In this document: one piece after another, positions 36,249 through 46,205 of the stretch
Layout: the number at the start of each line of letters is the position of its first letter
How positions within the stretch are numbered: the stretch's first letter is position 1
Assembly: GCA_017617065.1 (NCBI GenBank)
Contig: JAFZWP010000022.1
Span: forward strand, 22,931-86,930
From: Bacilli bacterium
GTDB lineage: Bacteria; Bacillota_I; Bacilli_A; ML615J-28; CAG-698
Direction of reading: 5' to 3'
Length of the DNA stretch: 64,000 nucleotides
The notes under the pieces: generated by a model
Databases searched by the model: none
What the model was told of the DNA's origin: nothing
Seen by the model: the letters and a program-made list of their open reading frames with translations, nothing else
Made by a program: the position numbers and the translations under genes

Positions 36249-38462
36249 ATGAGGAAGAAATATTTATTATTGTTGCCTATCTTGGCAATTATTATCCTAA
36301 TGTGCTTTACATTAAATGTAAAAGCAGCAACAATTGGTCAAATTGATTTAGTTTACGCAAATCCTGGTGAAGATGCATCCACATCAATGCGATTTAATTG
36401 GCATGCAAAATCAAAATCATGCATATTCCATTATACAATGGCAACAGACGAAGCCTTTGCATATGAAAGCACTGTTGTTGTGGAAGGGGAAGCAAATCAA
36501 GCAAAATATTCAGATATGACTGAATCATTTTATGTTTTCAAATTCCAGCTTGATAATTTAATTCCTGACACAAAATACATATTTAAAATCACATATGGAC
36601 AAAACTCTAGTGAAGTTCATGGATTCAAAACTGCTGGATTTAGTGGATCATTTAATTTCATAAATTATGGTGACCTACATTCTACAGCTAGTGAATCAGG
36701 TAAAATTAAAGTTTTAGATAAATTAATTTCTAACGCCGAAAGTAAAACCGAAGAAATCGGTGGAATTGATTTCATCTTATCTACTGGTGATACTATTAAA
36801 TATGGAAACTTATATAGTGATTGGCAACAATATAATAATTCTGAATTACGAAAGAATTATATGTTAGCTCAAATCAATGGTAACCATGAGCAAAAAATTT
36901 CAACTTCTTTCGAAGGATATTCTTCTGGTCAATCAGCAGTTCATGATTGGGAACTTAACACTTGGAACAATCCTCAAAATGGTTTAAGTAGTGATTTATG
37001 TGACTATTGGTTTATATATAACAATGTATTATTTATTGCTATTGATGACCAAAGAGGCGGCAATATCAATAATAGTGCTAAATGGGCCGAAGAAGTTTTA
37101 AGAAAGAATGATGGTAAATATCAATACTGTATCGTATTCAAACATAACCCAGCATTTAGAGCAAGTGATACAACTTGGTGTGATTGGGGTGGATACGAAG
37201 AATATAGTAAGTTCTGTGATAAATATAATGTAGACTTATTCTTATGTGGTGATGACCATGTATATGTAAGAACTAAGCAATTATATAATGATACTGTTCA
37301 AACTGATTTATCTAAAGGAACTGTTTATATGACCGTTCCAATGATTTCTACTTCTACTGGTACTACAAACATTATCAATGCCACAAACAATCCTCGTTAT
37401 GCAAAGATTGGAACAGGTGGTGATACTGGTGCAATGTATTTCACAGTTACTCCAGAAAAATTATGTTTATATACTTATTCATATAGTGGCGTAATTGTTG
37501 ATTCATATGAAATAGCAGCAAAAAGAAGTTTTACTGCTAGAGCTGATTTAAAAGAAAATGTAGAAAATAGTTTAGAATATGTTCAACTAAGTGGAGCTAG
37601 TGAAGGCATCGTTTATGGTGATACAAGCATGACTTCTTTAGTTAAAACTATCGAATTCTATAATGGTTCTACTTTAGTTGGCTCATTTAACCCATCTACT
37701 TCAAAACAAATAGCATTTAAACTAAGTGGCTTAGAAGCTAATAAATTATTAGATTTAACTGCAAAGATTACTTACGTAGATAGCACTACAAATAATGTTA
37801 GTGTTGTAGCTAATACATTTGATTACTTTGGAAGAATTTCTAATTTCAAAGCTGGTATTCAAAATGGTAAAGTAGTTCTAAACTGGCGTTCAGAACTAGT
37901 TGGAAATAGTGTAGCTAAGATCAAACTATTCCGTAACAGTGAAGAAGTCGGTGAAGTAAATAAAGATGCCCTAACATTTGAATTTACAAAAACTGATGCG
38001 GATAATAGCGCTAGATATAAATTAGCACTTATTTCAAGCGATGGATCAATCATTGGTGAATACTTCTGCTATTATTCAGCACTAGGTGATTTAAACTATG
38101 ATGGATCTGTAAACGAAGATGATTGCGATGTGGTTTCAAGTTATGTATTTGGTGGTACATTAACCAATGAACAAAAAGCATTATCTGACATTAACAAAGA
38201 TGGTAGAATCGATTATGCAGATATTACTTATCTATGGTTACACTATAAACAAGATGTTAGCCTAGAAACAAATACTGTTACTGTTACTTATAAATCAATG
38301 GATGGATCAATCATTTCTATTCAAGCTATTAGATCAGGAACTAACGCCGATGAACCTACTGCTCCAGTAGTTGAAGGATACGAATTTATTAATTGGACTG
38401 TTGCTAATACAGCAATAAGTGAGGATGTTACAATCTATCCAATTTATGCAAAATTAAAATAA
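36249..38462 (+). CDS. secreted calcineurin-like metallophosphoesterase (purple-acid-phosphatase-type N-domain) with dockerin-like and Listeria-Bacteroides repeat domains
   Basis: The N-terminus carries a signal peptide ending NVKA. Metallophos motifs are YGDLH, STGDTIKYGN, INGNHE and CGDDHVY. A dockerin-type duplicated Ca-binding loop follows (GDLNYDGSVNEDD ... DINKDGRIDYAD). The C-terminal EGYEFINWT repeat completes the protein. Confidence 0.75.
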   Translation: MRKKYLLLLPILAIIILMCFTLNVKAATIGQIDLVYANPGEDASTSMRFNWHAKSKSCIFHYTMATDEAFAYESTVVVEGEANQAKYSDMTESFYVFKFQLDNLIPDTKYIFKITYGQNSSEVHGFKTAGFSGSFNFINYGDLHSTASESGKIKVLDKLISNAESKTEEIGGIDFILSTGDTIKYGNLYSDWQQYNNSELRKNYMLAQINGNHEQKISTSFEGYSSGQSAVHDWELNTWNNPQNGLSSDLCDYWFIYNNVLFIAIDDQRGGNINNSAKWAEEVLRKNDGKYQYCIVFKHNPAFRASDTTWCDWGGYEEYSKFCDKYNVDLFLCGDDHVYVRTKQLYNDTVQTDLSKGTVYMTVPMISTSTGTTNIINATNNPRYAKIGTGGDTGAMYFTVTPEKLCLYTYSYSGVIVDSYEIAAKRSFTARADLKENVENSLEYVQLSGASEGIVYGDTSMTSLVKTIEFYNGSTLVGSFNPSTSKQIAFKLSGLEANKLLDLTAKITYVDSTTNNVSVVANTFDYFGRISNFKAGIQNGKVVLNWRSELVGNSVAKIKLFRNSEEVGEVNKDALTFEFTKTDADNSARYKLALISSDGSIIGEYFCYYSALGDLNYDGSVNEDDCDVVSSYVFGGTLTNEQKALSDINKDGRIDYADITYLWLHYKQDVSLETNTVTVTYKSMDGSIISIQAIRSGTNADEPTAPVVEGYEFINWTVANTAISEDVTIYPIYAKLK

Positions 38463-38465
38463 AAT

Positions 38466-38504
38466 AAAAGCATACCATAGCTTAAGCTATAGTATGCTTT
38501 TTTA
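38466..38504. terminator. bidirectional terminator between convergent genes
   Basis: Stem AAAGCATACCATAGC / GCTATAGTATGCTTT, flanked by A-runs and T-runs on both sides. Confidence 0.8.
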
Positions 38505-38507
38505 TGT

Positions 38508-39962
38508 CTAATATGAACGATATGTGCGTGGATTAAATAACATTAAGATTGGGTAAACTTCTAGTCTACCAACTAGCATTGATAATGATAATACAATCTT
38601 TGAAAAGACTGAATAGGCACTATAATTGCCAATTGGCCCAACCATTTCAAGCCCCGGTCCAACATTATTTAAACAAGCAGCAACCGCAGAAATATTAGTA
38701 GTAATCGAAAAACCATCAATAGATACAAGTAGGCAAGCAAGTAAGAAGATTACGATTATCGCTACAAAATAGCTATTGACTGCTTTTACTACGCCATCAT
38801 CAATTCCTTTACCATCAACTTTTACTGGCTCCACGATATTTGGGTGGAGTAATTTTTTGATTTCTCGCTTAAATGATTTAAACAAGATTACAATTCTACT
38901 TACCTTCAAGCCACCACCAGTTGATCCAGCCATCGATCCAATAAACATTAGTATTATTAATACTGATTTTGACAGTGTAGGCCATAAATCAAAGTTAGCA
39001 GTGCAAAAACCAGTTGTAGTCATAATTGATGATACCGCAAAGAATGAATGTCTAATTGTTTCACCAATTGGGCTAACTCTATCATATGCATAAAATACAT
39101 TGATAGTAACGATGATTGTAGCAGTTAAGGCAATACCTAAGTACCATCTTAATTCTTCATTCTTTAAAACTGATTTAAAATTACCAAGTAATAATAAATA
39201 GAACAAGTTAAAGTTCATACCAAATAGTAACATAAAGATGCCAATTACTACTTGGCTATAAGCACTAAATGCTCCAATACTATCAGCTTTTGTAGAGAAA
39301 CCACCAGTACCAGCTGTAGAGAATGTATGAACTATTGCTTCAAATAAATTCATGTCTCCGCAAACTAAAAATATAATTTCGGTAATAGTGATAGCAATAT
39401 AAATCAAATATAAAATACGTGCTGTAATTCTAATCTTTGATACAAGTTTACCAACCTGTGGCCCAGGGGACTCTGCACGTAAGATATGAATAGATTTTCC
39501 ATCCGCATTAGGTAAGATTGCTAGTACGAATACTAGTACACCCATACCACCAATCCAATGGGTAAAGCATCTCCAAAAAGATAGTCCTTTTGATAATCCT
39601 TCGATACGTGCTCCATCTAAAATTGTTGCTCCGGTTGTAGTGAAACCAGAAATGGTTTCAAACAATGCATCAAAGAACTTAGGAATGGCACCACTGATTA
39701 AGAATGGTAAACATCCAATAATTGATAGGACAATCCAAGATAAGCCAACAATTACGAAACCATCTTTAGCATAGAAATTAATTTGTGCTGGTTTTTTAAT
39801 TGTTAGTAAAAGTCCAAGTCCTACTGATATAGCAATTGGAATTACAAATGCTAAGATTTCAAATTCCCCATATATCAGTGAAACAACAAATGGTAAAACT
39901 AGTAATGCTGCTTCTAACTTTAGGATTTGTCCTAATGTGTAGAAGATCATTTTATGGTTCAT
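38508..39962 (-). CDS. trkH: TrkH-family K+ uptake membrane protein
   Basis: 484-aa polytopic protein with ETISGFTTTGAT, STAGTGGFS, MTTTGF and GSTGGGLKVSR filter repeats. Confidence 0.9.
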   Translation of the reverse strand: MNHKMIFYTLGQILKLEAALLVLPFVVSLIYGEFEILAFVIPIAISVGLGLLLTIKKPAQINFYAKDGFVIVGLSWIVLSIIGCLPFLISGAIPKFFDALFETISGFTTTGATILDGARIEGLSKGLSFWRCFTHWIGGMGVLVFVLAILPNADGKSIHILRAESPGPQVGKLVSKIRITARILYLIYIAITITEIIFLVCGDMNLFEAIVHTFSTAGTGGFSTKADSIGAFSAYSQVVIGIFMLLFGMNFNLFYLLLLGNFKSVLKNEELRWYLGIALTATIIVTINVFYAYDRVSPIGETIRHSFFAVSSIMTTTGFCTANFDLWPTLSKSVLIILMFIGSMAGSTGGGLKVSRIVILFKSFKREIKKLLHPNIVEPVKVDGKGIDDGVVKAVNSYFVAIIVIFLLACLLVSIDGFSITTNISAVAACLNNVGPGLEMVGPIGNYSAYSVFSKIVLSLSMLVGRLEVYPILMLFNPRTYRSY

Positions 39963-39964
39963 AT

Positions 39965-41317
39965 TTACCTCAATATATCTTCTACATCTTTAATTGGTGT
40001 TGTAGTAACAATAATTACTGTATCTAATGGCTGAATTGAATCATTACCATTAGGGATAATTACATGGTTATTCCTAATTATACAAGCTAGTAACATATTG
40101 TTTTTAGTCTTTAAATCTTTTAATGGAATATTAGTATAATTAGTTTCAAAAGGAATATAGAATTCAAGTGCTTCTACTTTATTATCAACTAGGCGGTAAA
40201 GAGTTCTAAATTCACTACCTTCACTAGATTCCATACCACGTACATATCTAATGATATGACTAGTAGTAATATCTTTAGGAGTAATGACACTTTCAATTCC
40301 CACTTTATCAAGGATGTTAGAATAGCTATTGTTATTAACTTTAGCAATAATTGTACCAACGCCTTTTTCTTTTCCATTCATAGCAATGATGATATTTTCT
40401 TCATCATAACCAGTTAGGCTAATTAAAGCATCCATTTTATCTAATCCTTCTTCCATCAAGCTCTTTGGATCAGTTCCATCAGCATTGATTATCAAAGCAT
40501 TTGATAATTTATCACTTAAGAAGTTGCATCTTGCCGCATCTCGTTCTACAATCTTAACATTGATGCCTAATTCTTCTAATTCATCAGTTAAATAATACGC
40601 AATTCTACTTCCACCAATAATCATTACATTACGAGTTTTATCTTTTAGAATATTTAACTTTTTGAATAGCTTAGTAATTTCTGTAGGGCTTGCAGTAATA
40701 TATACTTCATCTTTAGCTTGAAGTTTAAAATCGCCTTTTGGAATAAATACTTCATCCCCTCTACAAACAGCACAAACTAAGACTCTAATTTGGTATCTTT
40801 CATGTAAATCGAGTAAGCTCTTACCAATTAGTGGAGAATTCTCATCTAATTTGATTTCTATTAAATCTACTTTACCATTAGCAAATGAGTCAACTTTAAC
40901 TGCACTTGGGAAACGTAGTATTCTACCTATCTCTAAAGCTGCATCAAGATCAGGGTTAACAGACATACTTAAACCAAGCTCTTCTCTCATCATATAGATT
41001 TGTTGAGAATAATCAGGTGTTCTAACACGAGCAATAGTTTGTTTTGTTCCCATTTTTTTGGCAACTAAACAGCTCATTACGTTTAATTCATCGCTTGGTG
41101 TAACTGATATTAATAAATCAGCTTTATCAGCACCAGCTTCTTTTAAAACGCTTAATACTGCTCCATTACCATATATACCTCTAACATCATAATCATTGAC
41201 AACTTCTTCAATAACTTTTGAATTAGTATCAATAACAGTAATATTATGGCCTTCACCTGATAAGTGTTCAGCTACCGATCTTCCAATCTTTCCGGCTCCA
41301 TTAATAATTATATTCAT
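39965..41317 (-). CDS. trkA: Trk system NAD-binding subunit TrkA (tandem RCK)
   Basis: 450 aa with two Rossmann motifs (IINGAGKIGRSVA and IIGGSRIAYYL). Confidence 0.9.
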   Translation of the reverse strand: MNIIINGAGKIGRSVAEHLSGEGHNITVIDTNSKVIEEVVNDYDVRGIYGNGAVLSVLKEAGADKADLLISVTPSDELNVMSCLVAKKMGTKQTIARVRTPDYSQQIYMMREELGLSMSVNPDLDAALEIGRILRFPSAVKVDSFANGKVDLIEIKLDENSPLIGKSLLDLHERYQIRVLVCAVCRGDEVFIPKGDFKLQAKDEVYITASPTEITKLFKKLNILKDKTRNVMIIGGSRIAYYLTDELEELGINVKIVERDAARCNFLSDKLSNALIINADGTDPKSLMEEGLDKMDALISLTGYDEENIIIAMNGKEKGVGTIIAKVNNNSYSNILDKVGIESVITPKDITTSHIIRYVRGMESSEGSEFRTLYRLVDNKVEALEFYIPFETNYTNIPLKDLKTKNNMLLACIIRNNHVIIPNGNDSIQPLDTVIIVTTTPIKDVEDILR

Positions 41318-41372
41318 AATCTACTTCCTTTTTCTCCATTATAACATATAATGGTTAATATCTCTTCGAAGT

Positions 41373-44003
41373 CTATTTTGCCTTATTAAATAATCTCTTA
41401 AATAATTTAATTACTTCTACTATCACAATAATTGATAAACTTAGTCCGAAGCAAATTAAATATTCACTAAATGCAATACTATCAAATCCAAATAATACTT
41501 TAATAAATGGTACATATACTACTATTAAAGTTAGTGCTATAGCAACAAGTGCAGATAACCACAATAATATATTTTGTTTCTTGATAGTAAAGATACTACC
41601 TTTTTGACTTCTCATATTAAAAGCATGGAATACTTCAGTTAGTGACATTGTAATAAATGCCATTGTCATACCATTAGCACTTGTTTCAAAACTAAATCTA
41701 TCTAGTTCTAAATAACTACCAATTAAATATGCCACAACTGTGATTAGGGCAACTAGTACTCCGTGAACGATTACATCTACTACTAAACCATTAGCAAATA
41801 GCCCTTCTGATTTAGGACGAGGCGCTTTGGTCATCGCATCTTTTTCTTCTTCACCAATACCAAGTGCTAGTGCAGGTAAGCTATCTGTAATTAAGTTAAT
41901 CCATAAGATTTGCACAGGGCTTAAAATTGTAAAGCCGCACATTGTAGCAAAGAAGATAGCTATTACTTCACTTAAGTTACTTGAAAGCAAAAATTGGATT
42001 GCTTTACGGATATTAGAATAAATCTTTCTTCCTTCTTCTACAGCAGCTACGATTGTAGCAAAGTTGTCATCTGCTAAGATCATATCAGCTACATTCTTAG
42101 TTACATCAGTACCAGTAATTCCCATACCAACACCGATATCAGCACTCTTGATTGATGGAGCATCATTAACGCCATCACCTGTCATCGCTGTAACTTTATC
42201 TTTTGCTTTCCAAGCTTGAACAATTCTTACTTTATGTTCAGGTTGAACACGAACATAAACTGAATACTTTTCTACTAAATCAATTAATTCTTCATCAGTA
42301 TATTTATCAAGTTCAGCCCCCACAATTGCTTCACTTGCATCAGTTATTATTCCTAATTCTTTAGCAATTGCTACTGCTGTATCTTTATGGTCACCTGTAA
42401 TCATAATTACTTTAATACCAGCCATTTGACATTTAGCAATTGCATCTTTAACTTCGACTCTAATTGGATCTTTCATCCCTACAAACCCAACATAAATTAA
42501 ATCATGTTCTAAGTTTGCTTCATCGAATCCATCCTTATAAGTAGTATAAGCTAGGCCTAATACTCTTAGAGCATTATCAGCCATTTCTTTATTCTTATTT
42601 AATACTTGTTCTCTAAATTCTTTAGTAATTGGTTGAACTTTACCTTCACTATCTAAATAACCTTTACAAATATTTAATACTTCTTCTAAGGCCCCTTTAG
42701 TAAATTGAATGTACTTATATTCAGCCTCATTATCTTCATGAACTGTAGACATTAGCTTACGTAAACTATCAAATGGCGCTTCACCTACACGAGGAAATGC
42801 TTTCTTTAATTCATGTTTATTTAAGCCAAGTTTATAAGCATAATTAACTAATGCACATTCAGTAGGTTCACCAACAGCCTCATTAGCTTCATCTAACTCC
42901 GCATCGCTACAAAGAGCCATTCCTTTAGCTAACAATTCTTGATTATCGCCATAATAATCTACAACTGTCATCTTATTTTGTGTTAATGTACCAGTCTTAT
43001 CAGAACATATGATTTGTGTACAACCTAAAGTTTCTACAGCAGTTAATCTTCTAATAACAGCATTATGTTTAGCCATCTTAGTTACACCAATTGAAAGAAC
43101 AATTGTAACTACAGCCGCTAATCCTTCTGGAATTGCAGCTACAGCTAGTGATATAGCTACCATAAATGTATTAATAACAACTTCAGCATTTAGTGTACCA
43201 GCTCTAATAATACCTACTACAAACATAATTACGCAGATACCTAGTACCATAAATGTTAATACTTTACTAAGTTGGTTAAGTTTGATTTGAAGAGGAGTTT
43301 CCTCGTTTTCACTAGCACTTAAGATACCAGCAATCTTACCCATTTCGGTATCCATTCCTGTACCAGTAACAATAGCTTTACCTCTACCATAAACTACTGT
43401 TCCACCCATATAAAGCATATTACGTCTATCACCTAAAGATACTTCTTCAGCTTCAATTACATTTGCATGCTTTTCTTCAGGAACACTTTCACCAGTTAGT
43501 GCTGCCTCTTCAACTTTAAGTGAAGCAGCCTCTATTATTCTAGCATCAGCAGGAACAGCATCCCCTGCCTCTAATACAATTAAATCACCGACAACTAAGT
43601 CTTCACTTCTAATGAAGCTCATCTTGCCATCCCTAACTACTTTGCACTGTGCAGCTGTCATTTCTTTTAAAGCATCAATTGCTTTTTCTGCTTTAGCTTC
43701 TTGAATTGTACCTAATATCGCATTAACGATAACTACAAATAAAATAACAAATACATCCGCAAATGATTCATGATTAATAATTGATATAACTAAACTTACA
43801 GCAGCTGCTGCTAGTAGTACAATTATCATCAAGTTAGCGAATTGCTTAAAGAATCTAGCAATAATACTAACCTTTTTGGCTTCTGCTAATTTGTTTTTAC
43901 CATTAGTTTCTAATCTTTTATTAGCCTCTTCAAGAGTTAACCCATTAGTAGTTGTATTTAATTCCTTAACAATATCTTGCGTTGTTTGATTAAACCACTT
44001 CAT
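41373..44003 (-). CDS. P2-type cation-transporting ATPase (Ca2+-ATPase-like)
   Basis: ICSDKTGTLTQN phosphorylation site, TGES, MITGDH, TGDGVNDAPS, PEGLAA in M4. The start is moved to the ATG at 44003, 5 nt after GGAGG. Confidence 0.9.
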   Translation of the reverse strand: MKWFNQTTQDIVKELNTTTNGLTLEEANKRLETNGKNKLAEAKKVSIIARFFKQFANLMIIVLLAAAAVSLVISIINHESFADVFVILFVVIVNAILGTIQEAKAEKAIDALKEMTAAQCKVVRDGKMSFIRSEDLVVGDLIVLEAGDAVPADARIIEAASLKVEEAALTGESVPEEKHANVIEAEEVSLGDRRNMLYMGGTVVYGRGKAIVTGTGMDTEMGKIAGILSASENEETPLQIKLNQLSKVLTFMVLGICVIMFVVGIIRAGTLNAEVVINTFMVAISLAVAAIPEGLAAVVTIVLSIGVTKMAKHNAVIRRLTAVETLGCTQIICSDKTGTLTQNKMTVVDYYGDNQELLAKGMALCSDAELDEANEAVGEPTECALVNYAYKLGLNKHELKKAFPRVGEAPFDSLRKLMSTVHEDNEAEYKYIQFTKGALEEVLNICKGYLDSEGKVQPITKEFREQVLNKNKEMADNALRVLGLAYTTYKDGFDEANLEHDLIYVGFVGMKDPIRVEVKDAIAKCQMAGIKVIMITGDHKDTAVAIAKELGIITDASEAIVGAELDKYTDEELIDLVEKYSVYVRVQPEHKVRIVQAWKAKDKVTAMTGDGVNDAPSIKSADIGVGMGITGTDVTKNVADMILADDNFATIVAAVEEGRKIYSNIRKAIQFLLSSNLSEVIAIFFATMCGFTILSPVQILWINLITDSLPALALGIGEEEKDAMTKAPRPKSEGLFANGLVVDVIVHGVLVALITVVAYLIGSYLELDRFSFETSANGMTMAFITMSLTEVFHAFNMRSQKGSIFTIKKQNILLWLSALVAIALTLIVVYVPFIKVLFGFDSIAFSEYLICFGLSLSIIVIVEVIKLFKRLFNKAK

Positions 44004-44023
44004 AATATCCTCCATAAAAAAAC

Positions 44024-44041
44024 CAGATATCTAAATATCTG
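44024..44041 (-). terminator. terminator-like hairpin in the ATPase leader
   Basis: Minus strand (AAAU)CAGAUAU-UUAG-AUAUCUG(GUUU)UUUU, ending 6 nt before the RBS. Confidence 0.5.
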
Positions 44042-44096
44042 ATTTATCAATATTAAAATTAAAACCAGGTAATTTATCACCTTATTAAGTTAATCC

Positions 44097-44125
44097 ATTA
44101 TACTAAAAAAAGTCATTTTTGTCAA
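44097..44125 (-). promoter_or_regulatory. consensus promoter TTGACA-17nt-TATAAT for the P-type ATPase
   Basis: Read on the minus strand. The -35 box overlaps the stop codon of the upstream GNAT gene. Confidence 0.7.
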
Positions 44126-44655
44126 TGTGTGCGACTATCGTAGATATCCTTATCCATATAATAAGCATATACTTTAAAACGTTTGAAATCGAGTGCTTCA
44201 ATATCTTTCATAAATGTATGATGATACTTAAAACCATTCTTTAAAATTATACGTTTAGATATTAAATTATCTTCAAAATGCATACACCAAAGCGTTTTAA
44301 TTCTCATATCTTCAAAGGCAAACCTAATTACTTCCTTTGTTGCTTCACTCATTATACCTAAGTTATGATAATCTTTAGATAAAACATAACCTAGTTCTCT
44401 TTCTAACTTATCATTATTGATAATATGTAAACCAATTGATCCGATAACCTTATGACTTTCTTTAAGTTCTAATGCATATACTTCATCACTAGCTATAAAG
44501 TTTTGAAGAATAATATTAGATTCAGTAATTGAGGTGTGGTGCTTCCATCCAGCTTTCTCCCCAACACCTTCAACTTTTGCATATTCATACAAATCATTTA
44601 AATCATCTATTCTAAATGGTCTTATAATTAGTCGCGCTGTTTCTAATGTCTTCAT
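44122..44655 (-). CDS. GNAT N-acetyltransferase (RimJ/RimL-like)
   Basis: LETARLIIRPFRIDDLNDLYEY is typical of the Acetyltransf_3 group. The start is set at the ATG after GAGGT. Confidence 0.75.
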   Translation of the reverse strand: MKTLETARLIIRPFRIDDLNDLYEYAKVEGVGEKAGWKHHTSITESNIILQNFIASDEVYALELKESHKVIGSIGLHIINNDKLERELGYVLSKDYHNLGIMSEATKEVIRFAFEDMRIKTLWCMHFEDNLISKRIILKNGFKYHHTFMKDIEALDFKRFKVYAYYMDKDIYDSRTH

Positions 44656-44708
44656 AATTACCTCTAATACCATTATATAATAAGAAAACGATTTAATAAA
44701 TATATTGT

Positions 44709-44737
44709 TTGCATTAAGGAAACTATAAAAGTATAAT
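44709..44737 (+). promoter_or_regulatory. promoter TTGCAT-17nt-TATAAT for pepC
   Basis: Read directly. It lies 20 nt upstream of the pepC ATG. Confidence 0.45.
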
Positions 44738-44757
44738 TTGATAAAGAGGTGATTATT

Positions 44758-46116
44758 ATGGAAGAATTTAAAAACACATTAAAGAAAGCAGCTCCAATTA
44801 CTAATGATGACTTATCAAGATTCGAAGAAAACTATTCTTCTAATCAAAGCCACACAATCTTACGTCATGCATTATCAAAAGCAAATATTAGCGATATTGT
44901 ATCAAGTAGTGATAACGTTAAAGATGTAGACTTCAATTTCTCAATTGATTTACAAACAATGAAAGCAACAAATCAAAAAGCATCAGGAAGATGTTGGATT
45001 TTTGCTGCTTGTAATGTTTTAAGAGAAATCATAGCTCATAAAGCTAACATATCAGATTTCGAAATATCACAAAGTTATATTGCATTCTATGATAAATATG
45101 AAAAATTCAATTATGCTTTAGAATCAATCATTGATTTAATTGACCATGATCCTGATGAAAGAGTATTATCTCATGTATTACATCTAGGAATTCAAGATGG
45201 TGGCCAATGGGATATGTTCGTAAACATCGTTAAAAAATATGGTATTTGTCCAAAGAATGTTTTACCTGAAACATTTGCATCTTCAAATACTAGAGCAATG
45301 AATCAATTCATTGATGTACAAATTGGAAAGTTTGCTGCAACTGCCCAAAAATATTATAAAGAAGTTGGTATTAACGAAGTAAGAAAATACAAAAATGAAT
45401 TATTAGAAAAAATGTATGCATTCTTATGCGATTGCTATGGTAATCCAGTTAAAGAATTCGCTTTTGAATATACTGATAAAGATGGCGTATATCACAGAGA
45501 AGAATCATTCACACCTAAATCATTCTTTGATACATTCATCGGTAAAGAAATTGATGAATACGTAAGTATTATCAATTCACCAACTGCTGATAAACCATTT
45601 GGTAAAACATATACAATAGCATACCTTGGTAATGTAGTTGGTGGTAAAGAGATTACTCACCTTAATTTACCAATTGAAAGAATGAAAGAGTTAGTAATTA
45701 ACCAATTAAAAGATAAAGAAATAGTTTGGTTTGGTAGTGACTGCGGAAAAGAAGGAAATCGCGAAGATGGAATTTGGGATCCAAATCAATTTGACTATGC
45801 TAGTGCTTTTGGTATGGACTTTAATTATTCTAAGGAAGATGCTCTTAATTATCATATTAGCGTTATGAACCATGCAATGTGCATCACTGGTGTTAATCTA
45901 GTTGAAGATAAGCCTACTAAATGGAAGATTGAAAACTCTTGGGGAACTGATAGAGCTAAAGCAGGTTATTATCTGATGAGTGATGAATGGTTTGATAAAT
46001 ATGTTTATCAAGCAGTTGTTAATAAAAAATATTTGAATGACAAAGAACTAGCTGCTTTAAAGAAAGAAATGATTGTTCTTAAACCTTGGGATCCAATGGG
46101 ATCATTGGCAGATTAA
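44758..46116 (+). CDS. pepC: aminopeptidase C (C1-family, bleomycin hydrolase-like)
   Basis: Active-site QKASGRCWIFAACN, with ENSWG near the C-terminus. The start is at the ATG 8 nt after AAAGAGG. Confidence 0.9.
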   Translation: MEEFKNTLKKAAPITNDDLSRFEENYSSNQSHTILRHALSKANISDIVSSSDNVKDVDFNFSIDLQTMKATNQKASGRCWIFAACNVLREIIAHKANISDFEISQSYIAFYDKYEKFNYALESIIDLIDHDPDERVLSHVLHLGIQDGGQWDMFVNIVKKYGICPKNVLPETFASSNTRAMNQFIDVQIGKFAATAQKYYKEVGINEVRKYKNELLEKMYAFLCDCYGNPVKEFAFEYTDKDGVYHREESFTPKSFFDTFIGKEIDEYVSIINSPTADKPFGKTYTIAYLGNVVGGKEITHLNLPIERMKELVINQLKDKEIVWFGSDCGKEGNREDGIWDPNQFDYASAFGMDFNYSKEDALNYHISVMNHAMCITGVNLVEDKPTKWKIENSWGTDRAKAGYYLMSDEWFDKYVYQAVVNKKYLNDKELAALKKEMIVLKPWDPMGSLAD

Positions 46117-46121
46117 TTAAT

Positions 46122-46153
46122 AGATGTAACTACTAAGTAGTTACATCTTTTTT
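46122..46153 (+). terminator. terminator after pepC
   Basis: 12-bp stem AGATGTAACTAC / GTAGTTACATCT followed by TTTTT. Confidence 0.85.
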
Positions 46154-46205
46154 GATTAATGATTTAATTTATTATATAATGGTTATATAAGAAATGAGGA
46201 CTATT

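Noticed and set aside
41827-43290. Plus-strand ORFs 41827-42021 and 43009-43290.
   Set aside because: They are antisense shadow ORFs within the P-type ATPase gene.
44004-44096. yybP-ykoY (Mn2+) or M-box (Mg2+) riboswitch upstream of the P-type ATPase.
   Set aside because: The leader is only about 87 nt and lacks the conserved four-helix cores and signature sequences of those classes. It is kept only as a generic attenuator candidate.
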